Part shown: positions 39,193-50,770 of the stretch, in pieces
Layout: every line of letters starts with the position of its first letter
Numbering within the stretch: position 1 is the first letter of the stretch
Assembly (NCBI RefSeq): GCF_963921235.1
Contig: NC_086097.1
Location: 82,958,001-83,022,000, forward strand
Length of the DNA stretch: 64,000 bases
Direction: 5' to 3'
Source: Mobula hypostoma
Taxonomy: Eukaryota
Program-made: the position numbers and the translations under genes
Notes under the pieces: generated by a model
What the model was told of the DNA's origin: nothing
What the model saw: only the letters and a program-made list of their open reading frames with translations
The model's database searches: none

Positions 39193-39360
39193 GAAGTGAA
39201 CAGATAGTTGACATTTTGGGCTTCAGGACTGAGAAGGCTCTCAGCCCAAAGTGTCAACTATCTATTCATTTCCATAGATGCTGCCTGAAACTGTCGAGAT
39301 CCTCCAGCATTTTGAGTGGGTTTCTTTGGATTTCCAGCATCTGCAGAATTTCTTGTGTTT
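39193..39360. mobile_element. PLE pLTR with short inverted duplication (30-bp arms)
   Basis: 39193-39222 versus the reverse complement of 39243-39272 match at 27/30 positions. Followed by CCATAGATGCTGCC..CCTCCAGCATTTTG..CAGCATCTGCAG. Confidence 0.8.
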
Positions 39361-39592
39361 ATAAAGGCTAAAGGGTTTTTATTTCAGATTTATAACTAGC
39401 CACCGGTTGAAAAGCTGATGCATTGTGGGTTCTAAACCAGTGTGAGAGTATATTAAACAAAACGTCGCACATTCTGTGGAGGACCTCAAGCCAGATTCCC
39501 CACACAATACATTCCATAACCTCATGCTTATCCCCACTTGAGTAAATGTAGCCTTCTGCATTACTGCAAACCATTGGCTGATGTACATTTTG

Positions 39593-39804
39593 TTTGTTGT
39601 TGTTATTCCACTCCACGCCTTGTGGCACATTGGGCGACATCCTTGTTGTTTCTTCAGCATTTTGTCTGTCTTTTACGAGGCCAAGTTGTTCACTTGACAC
39701 TCAACCCAGCACAGATAGAAAGCATGCGAGGAGCCGGCTGGATTCAAACCCAGGAACACTCACCTCAAAGTCCAGTGCTGATGCCACTACACCACCGGCA
39801 GGCA
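39593..39804 (-). mobile_element. tRNA-derived SINE (copy B) with (AAC)n tail
   Basis: Minus strand GCCGGTGGTGTAGTGGCATCAGC..GTTTGAATCC..CTGGGTTGAG..AACTTGGCCTCGTAAAA. 14-bp TSD TGATGTACATTTTG (39579-39592) / TGACGTACATTTTG (39805-39818). Confidence 0.85.
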
Positions 39805-41738
39805 TGACGTACATTTTGACACCTGACTTTTCAGATTTTCTCTACACTTTGATTTCTGTAAATTACTTCTTCACTTTTCAGTAAGGATGGTTGTTAGGTA
39901 GTGTGGTGGGAGTGAGGTGGGGAAATGGGGGGAAGATGAATAGAGCAACAGACAAATTTTCATTAGTGTATCATGTCTCCATTTTTTCTTATGACTTTTA
40001 CACTCCTGTTTTAAATATGGAGAAAGCTAAACCAGTTCATGCCAATTATTACCATTGGAAAAAAAATGCTTTCTAATAGGGCCAACTGCTTGACTTATGG
40101 GCACAGTTCTCGGCTGCATCTTTGCTGAAGAACTCTTTGTTTCAGTGGGGAAACCACATAGTGTGTCATATGTTATATAGTTTGAAGACAACCTGAGCTC
40201 ACCCTTAATCTCCACTCATCTACATTTCCAGCAATGGGCAACATTCAACAGAAGCAAATGCTAACTCAATTACAGCCAGCAAGCAAGAGATGAGATGAAA
40301 TCAGTACCCAGACTTGAAACTTCTTGAGTCCAAGTGATTCAATTTTTGAAAACGTACCCCAGGTGAGCCACTCTGGGATGCTTGCATCCAATTGAGGGAT
40401 TCTTGCTGTAATGCCATGCTCAATCAGTATCCAGCATGATGGAACGTCAGTCAGATAACATCCTTTTCTGTCATGTTTCAAATATAGAGATATGCAAAAA
40501 GATATTGATAAACATCTACGTATTTAGGGGATTATAGGGATAAGGGAAGGAAAGTCGCTCTGAAGTTAAAATCAGCTGTGATTATATTGAATGAAAGAGC
40601 AGGTATGAGGAGATGAATGGAATACCTTTGCTTTTATATCTTGTGCTACAGTTGATCAGACATTTAAAAAAAGCAATTCATATCTGCAATGACAATAAAA
40701 CATCTGGTGACTTGGGAAATTGATATTGAGAGATGTTTTTGAATTCCCCAGATTAGGTTGGAGAACTTGCAGTTGTTGCTTAGATTTATCCTTCATTTGG
40801 ATTCTCCTTGGATACTTTGGATACTTTCAGTTAGATTCTTCCAGAAGTAACTGTCTCTGGCATTCAATGTTATAGCCTCCAGATCCCTTGCAATTCCCGA
40901 TGAAAAGTGGTTAATTGTGTATCTGCAGGAGGAGCATTAAATCAGAGTGAAAGCCACTAGTTCCTGAAATAATGGACATAATTTATCAAGTTACTCAATG
41001 ATACATCCAGTACTAAATCAGGTTGTACCTAAATTGTGGGCTGAGCTGTGGACAGTGTAATCAAAATTGCAGAGAGGAAATATTTACTGTCTTAATTGTA
41101 ATAATTCAATAATTTCACTTGGCATATAATTTTTGAGGAAGAGTACAGCTTAAAGTACAAAGTCAATAACCATACTTTAAAATATTTAAATTGGGTCCTT
41201 AAATAATGTCAGTAGTATATTTTACCTCGGTAACTGTTTAATTTATTCTTGTTTTACTGCCGTTTATTGCTTCCTTCCAGGTCCTTGACCGGTTTAGTTC
41301 ATGGGGCCTGTTACCGAAGCAGGTGACAATGGAGTCTGGGATTGGAAGGGCTGAAGGCAACCCTTCAGGGAAGTGAGAGAGCCCAGGCACAGCTGAGGTG
41401 GAGATCAGAAACATTGGGAGTGGGCAAGAGGGAGCACAGAGCAGGTTAGATGATCTTGTCTATACTGTCGAGGCTTGCTATTGTGGAATTATTAGCTATT
41501 GTGTAATATATCATTGTAGGTGCAGCCTCGTCATTATGACAAATAAAAACAGTATATGCTGTTCAGTTAGGCAGCATTTATACAGAGGGAAACAATTCAA
41601 AACATTAACTCAGTTTCTGTCTTCACTGACGTTGCTTAAACTGCTGAGTGTTTCGATCATTTTCTGTTTTTAACAAGGTGTCACCATCTGCAGTATTTTG
41701 CTGTTGAAAGACAAACCTTCAACTGTGGCTTTCAACTA

Positions 41739-42187
41739 CAATAAAACCGTATTAATCCGATACACTTTGGACTTTGTCAGTGCTGGACCAACAGATTTTC
41801 ATGGATATAGGATGTTTTCTATTTATACTCCAATACACAGTTAATTCTCTTTTCTTTAAATGTTATACAGTGGAATTATAAATATTCTAGTAATTTCAGT
41901 AAGTTTAAAGAGAGCACTGTACCTGGAGTTCTGCTGAGTTTTAATGGAATGGCGGTAAGTGAACCAGGTGAACTTCAAGAGAGTGTTGGAATCAGGAGCA
42001 CAATGACTTTGAAATGCACGAACTGGAATAGTGACTTTCAAGGACCACAGTAATCAGGCCCCACAGTAAGTTCATAAAAAGCAGAGCAACCAAGGCCCTA
42101 GTGAGTTTAAAGGGGGCTCAGGAATAACAGCAGAAGGGAGCATAAGGTTTACAAATAGTTGAGTAACATATTAGCAGAATTTTACTG
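41739..42187. mobile_element. Possible old Tigger/pogo-like MITE
   Basis: Ends TA|CAATAAAACCGTATTAAT and ATTAGCAGAATTTTACTG|TA form imperfect CAGTAAAA-type TIRs with TA flanks. Confidence 0.45.
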
Positions 42188-42544
42188 TATATAGGCACTT
42201 TATTTAAACAGCTGAAGAAAAGTCACTCAACATTGGGGAAAATAGAAAGTAATGTATCGCGTTAGAGGGGTGTCATGGTTTTTCATTTTCTTTGGAAAAT
42301 AAATTAAATATTATGTTTCCTTTGTTTGATATGCTTCAAAATGGTCTTACTTTCTAGTCTAAGTAATTTATACAAAAAATCCTCTGCTTAATTAGCTTCA
42401 AATTGGCCAGTTCACTGAAACTGCTTCAGAAATCTATTCAAACAAAAATTGGTCATTTAGCTGTGGGGAAGAGTAGTGTGACGAGATCACTGCCACTAGA
42501 CACTCGCACTTTTATTTTACTTTGAGATGACTGCCTGTAATGCT

Positions 42545-42840
42545 GGGCTGGAGATAGCACCTTTGAACCAAAAGGTCCTGAGTTCAAATCCCACGTCAGA
42601 GTCATCATCAAGCATTGCACCTCTGGCCAATGCTAAGGCAGTTGCATCAACATATAGTATTTCATTTAAGATGTTTAATGGAGGCCACATCTGCCCCCTC
42701 AGATAGAAATGAAATATCCTGCAGCACGGAATAATTTTCTCAAGGATCCTGTGAACACCTACGGTATTTCTCAACAAATATCACTCAAATGAAATGATTG
42801 ATCACTTAACACTGCCATTGAATGACTTTGGGTGCATTAA
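42545..42840 (+). mobile_element. Deu-SINE (SacSINE1/AmnSINE1-like) relic
   Basis: B-box-like GAGTTCAAATCCC, then AGATGTTTAATGGAGGCCACATCTGCCCCCTCAGAT resembling the Deu core (recognised from memory). Confidence 0.55.
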
Positions 42841-44969
42841 TGAGTTAATGCTATAATAGGGACAGACTATAGATCTTAAGTACAACTCCATATGAGTTGT
42901 AATCTTGGTTCCCTGGCAAAACTCAAGAAATCTTTATGCCGTAAAATACTTCGCTGAACTAACAAAACTAAAGGTACCTGAACTTTGGAATAAGATTGAG
43001 ACTCTGACTTCATAGTGGAGGTTACTCATGTAGTCATTGTCCACTAGGTTAACACCTGTTGTGAGGTGTTTTTGAACATGTTGTCTGAAAAACTAATCCA
43101 GCTAGTCTCTTCAATAGAGGAGAGGTCTCATGCTTTGAATATTTTCTTCACATAAATAGTTTTGGGACTGAATTATATTCGAGGATAATGTTTTAAAACT
43201 AAATTAATCCACAAAGATTTAAAGAAGTTGTAAATTTGAAGATTATACATTAATGTCACAATCCACAATATGCTTCAAACTAACCTGAAAAGGATCTTTG
43301 GCTTCTCTCAGCCTGAGTAATTCGGATGATGAGAGCTATGAAGTAATTTGTCAGCCTTCCAGAGACAGCCAAGAGAAAACAACATTCAACATAGTGAGGA
43401 TTTATGTGTGTGGCAAGGTTTCTATTGACAGTATATTCCTGGGAGAGAGGGAGTTGGTTTGATTGGCAGGTGATGGCAAATCCCTGCCAAGGAGGGTGAC
43501 AGGAACAGAACCTCGGCCTCCCATCATTAGATGCCAAGGGACAATTCAGTTTCAGATAGCAGAAAGGTCTTAAAATGTTTCGGCAATAAATTTTTGGCCC
43601 AGTTCATAGAGCTAAAAATATTATGGGCAAGATCTTTCGATTAGAAGTTATATAGAGTGAAGACCTCACAGCATGAAGTATGCACAAAATTTTATCCTTC
43701 CTTGCTCCTCACTACCCACCATACTTTTCAAGGGAATCTGCAAGCCAGGGTTGTTTATGTCACCTGGAATGTTCCTCACTATTTAGGCCGCAACATGCAA
43801 AGCAGACCTGAAACATGGAGAGAATTTGTTTCAATGAGAAATTTTCTCTTTGCTGTGATAAATATCAGGGACTGAGAGTGTTAACCTTTTTAATCTGTCT
43901 CTTTGTGCCCTATGCTTCTACTTCTGCATACTCTAATTTTAGATATCATTAAAATGTGATGCTGTTTCTGTTCCCAGGTTATGTATAGTCCAAATTGAAG
44001 CCATGATGGATCAACAGCTCCTCGTTTCTTAGACAGAGACGTGTGATTGGCTGCTAGTTGCTATGCGTGACTGGGAGCAGGAGCTCCTCTGTTATGCTGC
44101 TACTGTTGCCACAGATCATTTCCATTTTTAGTTCTTGAGGACTTGAGTTTGCAGTTTGGAGAATAGAAATAACTTGGTATGGGAGATTGGAAAACATTCA
44201 GACCATGCTCAAAGATTCTAATTTACCAAATATCAGAAAGGTACCTTAAAATTTATGATTGAGTTTCTGTTGCACCTCTTCTCAACAGTCATTGCATCAA
44301 GGGTTGACTCATGGCAGCAACCTTGTAATTCCTCTTCACCACACTACATAAATCATTGAAATGGTTTATGTGAAAACAAAGGGGAACCTCATTAATTTAA
44401 TTGTATCACTTAAAAGTAGCTTTTAACTACGGGTACGAATATCTCCTTGGGACTTTACAATATTGAGTAACAATTGACTCTAGCATTGCTACAAAGCAAC
44501 TAGGAAAGTGAAAACAATTGCTTGCTTCATGAGAACCTGTTTGGGTTGATTTGGTTATTATTTTCTCAGCTGCTGGTTGCAGCCCCAAAACTAATTACAC
44601 TGGGAGATCAGGAACCTCTCATATTTTCAAAATAGTCACTTTCTCCTTGGAGTGTTCAAACTATTTCCACTTTCTAAATATCTCTACAATGGATAGTCAT
44701 TTAAATAGTTTATACATTTGCTCATAACTTAATATTTTGAACAGTCAATTGAATAAACCAGCCAACTTTCAGTACTGTTTGCTCCCAGCCGTTGCAGAAT
44801 AACCTGAGCTCCCATTTATATGTCTATCTTCCTTGGCTCAGGCTGAGATAGCATTCAGAGTGAATCACAGTTTATAATGAGGGCTGTACCAAGTTTGTTC
44901 ATATTCCAGGAAGTATTAAGTTGTCTTTCCAGTGTGTTAAGTGAGCTAGAGTTCTATGCAAGGGATCTC

Positions 44970-46328
44970 TTAGTACTCTGGAGGGAGTACTAAGAGATAG
45001 GATCTACAAGTATTTGGATAGACAGGGACTTATTAGGGAGGGTCAACATGGCTTTGTGCATGGTAGGTCATGATTAACAAATCTATTAGAGTTTTTCGAG
45101 GAGGTTACCAGGAAAGTGGATGAAGGGAAGGCAGTGGATGTTGTCTACATGGACTTCAGTTAGGCCTTTAACAAGGTCCCGCATGGGAGGTTAGTTAGGA
45201 AGATTCAGTCGCTAGGTATACATGGAGAGGTAGTAAATTGGATTAGACATTGGCTCAATGGAAGAAGCCAGAGAGTGGTAGTGGAGGATTGCTTCTCTGA
45301 GTGGAGGCCTGTGACTAGTGGTGTGCCACAGGGATCAGTGCTGGGCCGATTGTTATTCGTCATCTATATCAATGATCTGGATGATAATGTGGTAAACTGG
45401 ATCAGCAAATTTGCTGATGATACAAAGGTTGGAGGTGTAGTGGACAGTGAGGAAGGTTTTCAAAGCTTGCAGAGGGATTTGGACCAGCTGGAAAAATGGG
45501 ATGAAAAATGGCAGATGGAGCTTAATACAGACAAGTGTGAGGTATTGCACTTTGGAAGGACAAACCAAGGTAGAACATACAAGGTAAATGGTAGGGCACT
45601 GAGGGGTGCAGTAGAACAGAGGGATCTGGGAATACAGATACAAAATTCCCTAAAAGTGGTGTCACAGGTAGATAGGGTCGTAAAGAGAGCTTTTGGTACA
45701 TTGGCCTTTATAAATCAAAGTATTGAGTATAAGAGTTGGAATGTTATGGTGAGGTTGTATAAGGCATTGGTGAGGCCGAATTTGGAGTATTGTGTACAGT
45801 TTTGGTCACCAAATTACAGGAAGGATATAAATAAGGTTGAAAGAGTGCAGAGAAGGTTTACAAGGATGTTGCCGGGACTTGAGAAACTCCATTACAGAGA
45901 AAGGTTGAATAGGTTAGGACTTTATTCCCTGGAGCGTAGAAGAATGAAGGGAGATTTGATAGAGGTATATAAAATTATGATGGGTATAGATAGAGTGAAT
46001 GCAAGCAGGCTTTTTCCACTGAGGCTAGGGGAGAAAAAAACCAGAGGACATGGGTTAAGGGTGAAGGGGGAAAAATTTTAAGGGAACATTAGGGGGGATC
46101 TTCTTCACAAAGAAAGTGGTGTGAGTGTGGAATGAGCTGCCAGATGAAGTGATAAATGTGGGCTCACTTTTAACATTTAAGAAAAACTTGGATAGGTACA
46201 TGGATGAGAGGTGTATGGAGGATATGGTCCAGGTGCAGGTCAGTGGGATTAGGCAGAAAAATGGTTCTGCACAGCCAAGAAGGGCCAAAAGACCTGTTTC
46301 TGTGCTGTAATGTCCTATGGTTCTATGG
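44970..46328 (+). mobile_element. CR1 3' part (RT domain to tail), relatively young
   Basis: 268-aa ORF 45275-46081 with SGVPQGSVLG, SKFADDTK, QRDLG, LVRPNLEYCVQFWSP and TRGH; tail TCCTATGGTTCTATGG. Confidence 0.93.
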
Positions 46329-48235
46329 ATCAGCGGGAGGTTTGCCAGGATTGATGATAACGGCTGATTCCTGTGATCTCGGGGGGTGGGTGTAGAATGC
46401 TGGAACAGTTGAGAAATATGTGTATTTAAAACATTATATTTTGCTGTAATTAATCATGGATTGGTGGGCCTATCATCTACATCATTTTACATGTTGGAAT
46501 TCATTAACTTGCTCAAGTTACAACTGGCTATTCAAACTAACTAGAGGAATGATTTAGAAGTTAATTAAATGGTACTAGTCATAAAAGTGTGACAAGCCAA
46601 ACTCACAAATGTCTGTTTATTTCAATATAGCACTAGATAAAAACCAGAAACTACTGGCTGTGTCTGAGTCCACTAAAACAATAGCTGAACTGTGCATTAG
46701 AACGGGAGTAAAGCTGAAGATTTGCCATTTCTCAATAAGAATGTCTGGCTCCCATTCATATTTTATTCATCTTTTATGTTTGCTTCTTAAATGATCAGAT
46801 TAGAAACTCTGTAAAAATGGGAAGTTTCTGTTGTACCCTGTGACTGTGCAGTGATCCATTTCTGCAAATTAACGTTGCGTTAATGCCCCCAATCTCCTTG
46901 GGTATTTATGTGGGCAGGCAATACGAGAAATCCAAACCCAACTGTCGTCACTGCAGACTGGCTCCCAGGTTGTCGCAACACAAAATGAGAGACCCAACCC
47001 TTGCAGAGCCAGCAGCATTTTGGTGAAATATGCCAGGTGTGAGATTCGCCTGGATGTTGCTTTGCATTCATTGTGTTTGCAAGGAAACAAGCTTGAGAAA
47101 AGATCACTCATGATAGATGTCCAAATAAATCAGAATGGATGAGCAGTCGCTTCAAGTTCAACTTTGCATTTATTATCATTCAACCATACACATATGTACA
47201 GTATTAACTGCAGCAAGGCAGCTACTACCAGTTACTCTTATCTATGTTGTCATATTGTAAAATAAAATAGATACTCTTCTAATATATATTAGGCAGAGGT
47301 TGTTTCACATACCAACTTATTTGCCAGAACTTGACAAAGTGCTTCTTTGCTTCTTCAGATCTGTCGACTTTTCAGCACTTAACAGAATTGAAACTTGACA
47401 CTATTGGATTTAGACTGAAGTTTAGCCTTCTGCTGAAGTTAACAACCAGCCCTTAGTAGACTCTCAATGGAGGTCAATGTGATAGTGAAGACTTTCATTT
47501 TCCCATGTCTCAGGCTGGTGCAATTTTCCATCTCAAAATAAATGGGCAATTTTGCTTGTCTCAAACCAATAAGGTTAAATTTTCTAATGTTCTGTATTTG
47601 TCTTACAAAGAAAAAGATGCCTCATGCGTTCTTTGATTTCCTATTTTATTTATTTTACCATCTTTTCATATCCTACATATAATTCTATGATACCTTGAAA
47701 TTGTGAAGCACAGTATATTGTTCTACATTAATTTGAGATACGGCATAACATTACTGTGTTATCACTGACCTGTAAAATTAACTGTTTTTCTTTTCACGGA
47801 TGTTGCCCACATTTCCCACATTTTTTGTTCATATTCTACATTTCAGACTTCCGCGTTGGTTTCCTTCTGTAGTAATTCTTTATCAGGTGAACTGGGCAAT
47901 GTCTTAGATTGGCATAGAATCATTAAGGACAGGTGCATCAATTAAATACAGTATATATTGTACGTGATAATGTGAAATGTCGATTTATAATCATGGTTCC
48001 ATGTGGAATATTGTTCAGACAATGATATCAATTACTAATAAAACTGTCCTTGGATACCATGACTTCAGAGTCTCAAAAAGTCTAAATGTAAACAGATCAT
48101 GTTATACAATGTTCTGATTCCAATTAGTGTGAATCCAAGCAATGAAAAACATTTGTAATGAAATACAAGTGAGGTTATTGCAGATTAGCGTAATAATTGT
48201 AATTAATTTTCATTCAGCACTGAGTGCAGACATCC

Positions 48236-48570
48236 AGGTGGAACGCAACCTTGTCATAGGGTTTGGAGGCTTGTGTGCCTCAGAAACATTGCTGCACTAA
48301 TACTATATTATTTATTGCATTGAACTGCTGCTGCTAAGTTAACAAATTTCACAACATATGCTGGTGATAATAAACCTGATTCTGATTCTGAGATCTATAT
48401 CTGCTGGAGTCTGGGCCTTAATCTCTGACTCTTGGTAGGGTCACCCAAACCAAACAGGTCAAAGGGTAGAGGACGGACAAAGTGTGGCCTACTGGTTCCC
48501 CCCGGTTCCGGGGTTCAGCTCAGGACTAACAAACCTAATACGTCAAAAGAAAATTTGTTACGGAAACAGT
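48236..48570 (+). mobile_element. RTE (BovB/Rex3-type) 5'-UTR-derived repeat, interrupted by a Rex1-like tail (~48283-48390, AATAAACCTGATTCTGATTCTGA)
   Basis: AACCTTGTCATAGGGTTTGGAGGCTTGTGTGCCTCA..GGTAGGGTCACCCAAACCAAACAGGTC..CTAACAAACC resembles RTE 5' ends. Confidence 0.55.
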
Positions 48571-48594
48571 GCTGCGCTACTGGAGGCTTAGGGA

Positions 48595-48868
48595 GGCCTG
48601 AGATTCCCCCCCCCTCCCCCTTTCTTTCTCCCTAGGCCTCCCATCCCATGATCCTCTCATATCCTTTTTGCCAATCGACCTTCCATCTCTGAGCTCCATC
48701 CCTCCCAACCACCTGGCTTCTCCTATCATTTTGGATCTCCCCTCCCACTTTCAAATCTCTTACTATCTCTTCTTTCAGTTAGTTCTGACGAAGGGTCTCG
48801 GCCCGAAACGTCGACTGTACCTCTTCCTATAGATGCTGCCTGGGCTGCTGCATTCAGCAGCAATTTTT
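48595..48868 (+). mobile_element. PLE 3' fragment with pLTR
   Basis: Collinear with 35080-35363: pyrimidine tract, hammerhead, CCTATAGATGCTGCC. Confidence 0.85.
48781..48816 (+). ncRNA. Minimal type I hammerhead ribozyme (intact core) in PLE pLTR
   Basis: AGTT-CTGACGA-A-GGG(TCTCGG)CCC-GAAAC-GTC-GACT: stem I AGUU/GACU, CUGANGA and GAAA core, 3-bp stem II, palindromic ACGU stem III, GUC cleavage triplet. Confidence 0.8.
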
Positions 48869-49239
48869 AAGAGAGAAAGCAAGTAAGTTTTAAGTTGAAG
48901 TAAAGGGGGGGGGGGGAATTGATGGGAAGGTCTCACTATCAAAGTTTATTAATCTATTCACCTGCATAGATCGATTTTATGAGATATTGAAAGGCACGTA
49001 GGTTCAAGTACTGCAATGTTCACTCCAAAGCAGCAAAACAGCCCAGAGACCAACATTTATGATATGAAAGTAGGACAAAGCATCACAAAAGCCTGCAAAG
49101 TTTAGGCATTGATGGATATCTAGCTTATTAATTCTTTCCAAATGCCAAAAAGAACCCAGATTAGCAGGAAAAATATAGCTTCAATATTGATTATTTGTGA
49201 TAATAAATGTTTGTAATGCAAATAGAACATTGTACTTAA

Positions 49240-49480
49240 TGAGAGCCTTTCACATTACGATCATGTCGCAAAACATGTTGTACTAAAGAAAAAGATGTTG
49301 CAATGTAGACAATGTTCTCATGTGTTCATTGTTTTAATGTTGCCAAATATTATTACTATTCTGTTTCCAGCAAGAACCAACAAATAGCAATGGCATAAAC
49401 AAAAGTAAAATTGCTTTAGATAATAATTGAGAAAGAAATACTTGTCAGGATATTTGGAGAAGCTTTGTACTAGTGTTGTG
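49240..49480 (-). mobile_element. Deu-SINE-like relic
   Basis: GCCTTTCAC..CAGCAAGAACCAACAAATAGCAATG..ATACTTGTCAGGATATTTGGAGAA resembles the reverse complement of the Deu-SINE 3' half; highly diverged. Confidence 0.4.
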
Positions 49481-49509
49481 CAAATGCCCAGTCAGGCCGA
49501 CAGACTCTA

Positions 49510-50566
49510 TATAAGACCATAAAACATAGGAGCAGAATTCGGCTATTCAGCCCACTGAATCTGCTCCTCCATCCCATCACGGCTGATCCTGAATCCAGCT
49601 TGATCCCATACACTTCCCTTCTCACCATATCCTTTGATGCCCTGACCGATCAGGAAACGATCAACTTCTGCCTTAAATAACCTGTGAAATTGGCATCCGC
49701 TGCAGTCTGTGGCAGAGCATACGTCAGATTCACAACTCTCTGGCTAAAAAACTTCCTCCTTACTTCCATTCTAAAGGGTTGCCCCTCAATTTTGAGGCTG
49801 TGCTCTCTAGTTCTGGATACCCCCACCATAAGAAACATCCTCTCCAAACCACCCTATATAGTCCTTTCAACATCTGGTAGGTTTCAATGAGATCCTCCCA
49901 CATTCTTCTAAATTCCAGTGAGAACAGGCCAAAAGCTGCCAAATGGTCCTCATATGTTCATCCCTTCGTTCCCAGAATCATCTCTGGACTCTCTCCAATT
50001 ATAACACCTCTCTTGAGATATGGAGCCTAAAGTTGTTGATAATACTCCAAGTGTGGCCTGACTAATGTCTTATAAAGGCTCAGCATTATCTTCTTGCTTT
50101 TATATTCCATTCCCCTTGAAATAAATATCAACATTGTATTTGCCTTCCTTACCACAGACTCAACCTGCAAATTAACCTGCTGGGAGTCTTGAACGAGGAC
50201 TCCTAAGTCCCTCTGCACCTCTGATACCTGAACCTTCTCTCCAATTAGATAATAGTCTGCACTATTGTTCCTTTTACCAAATGCCTTATCATACATTTCC
50301 CAACACCATATTCCATCTGCCACTTTTTTGCCCATTCTTCCAATTTGCCTAAGTCCTGCTGCAATCGCATTGCTTCCTCAGCACTACCTACCCCTCCGCC
50401 TATCCTCGTATCATCTGCAAACTTTGCCACAAAGCCAACAATTCTGTTATCCAAATCATTGACAACCAATGTGAAAAGTGGTGGTCCTAATACTGACTCC
50501 CGAGGAACACCAACCAGAAAAGGTCCCCTATATTCGCACTCACTGCCTCCTGCCTGTCAGCCATAT
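49510..50566 (-). mobile_element. CR1 3' part
   Basis: VAKFADDTRIGGG, QRDLGVLVQDS, LYKTLVRPHLEY and FFSQRVVNL motifs; tail ATAAGACCATAAAACATAGGAGCAG at ~49511. Confidence 0.9.
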
Positions 50567-50770
50567 CTGATGCAAACACTGTGGAGGACAGGTCATTGGG
50601 TGTACTTAAAGCAGAGGTTGATAGGTTCCCGATTAGTCAGGGCACGAAAGATTACAGGGAGAAGACAGGAGAATGGGATTGAGAGGGAAATGTATCAGCC
50701 ATGATAAAATGGTGGACCAGACCCGATGGGTCAAATGGCCCAATTCTGTTCCTATTTCTTATGGTCTTAT
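50567..50770 (+). mobile_element. CR1 3' tip in the opposite orientation
   Basis: GTGGAGG..TCATTGGGTGTACTTAAAGCAGAGGTTGATAGG..GGTCAAATGGCCCAATTCTGTTCCTATTTCTTATGGTCTTAT. Confidence 0.8.

Noticed and set aside
41270..41380. Strong acceptor CTTCCTTCCAG followed by candidate donors (also an acceptor at ~43978)
   Set aside because: The peptide is unrecognisable, the 43978 candidate has stops in all three frames, and such sites are expected by chance in 64 kb.
48236..48480. Second self-cleaving ribozyme in the RTE-like 5' UTR fragment
   Set aside because: The copy is interrupted and diverged; I could not build a consistent P1-P4 fold.
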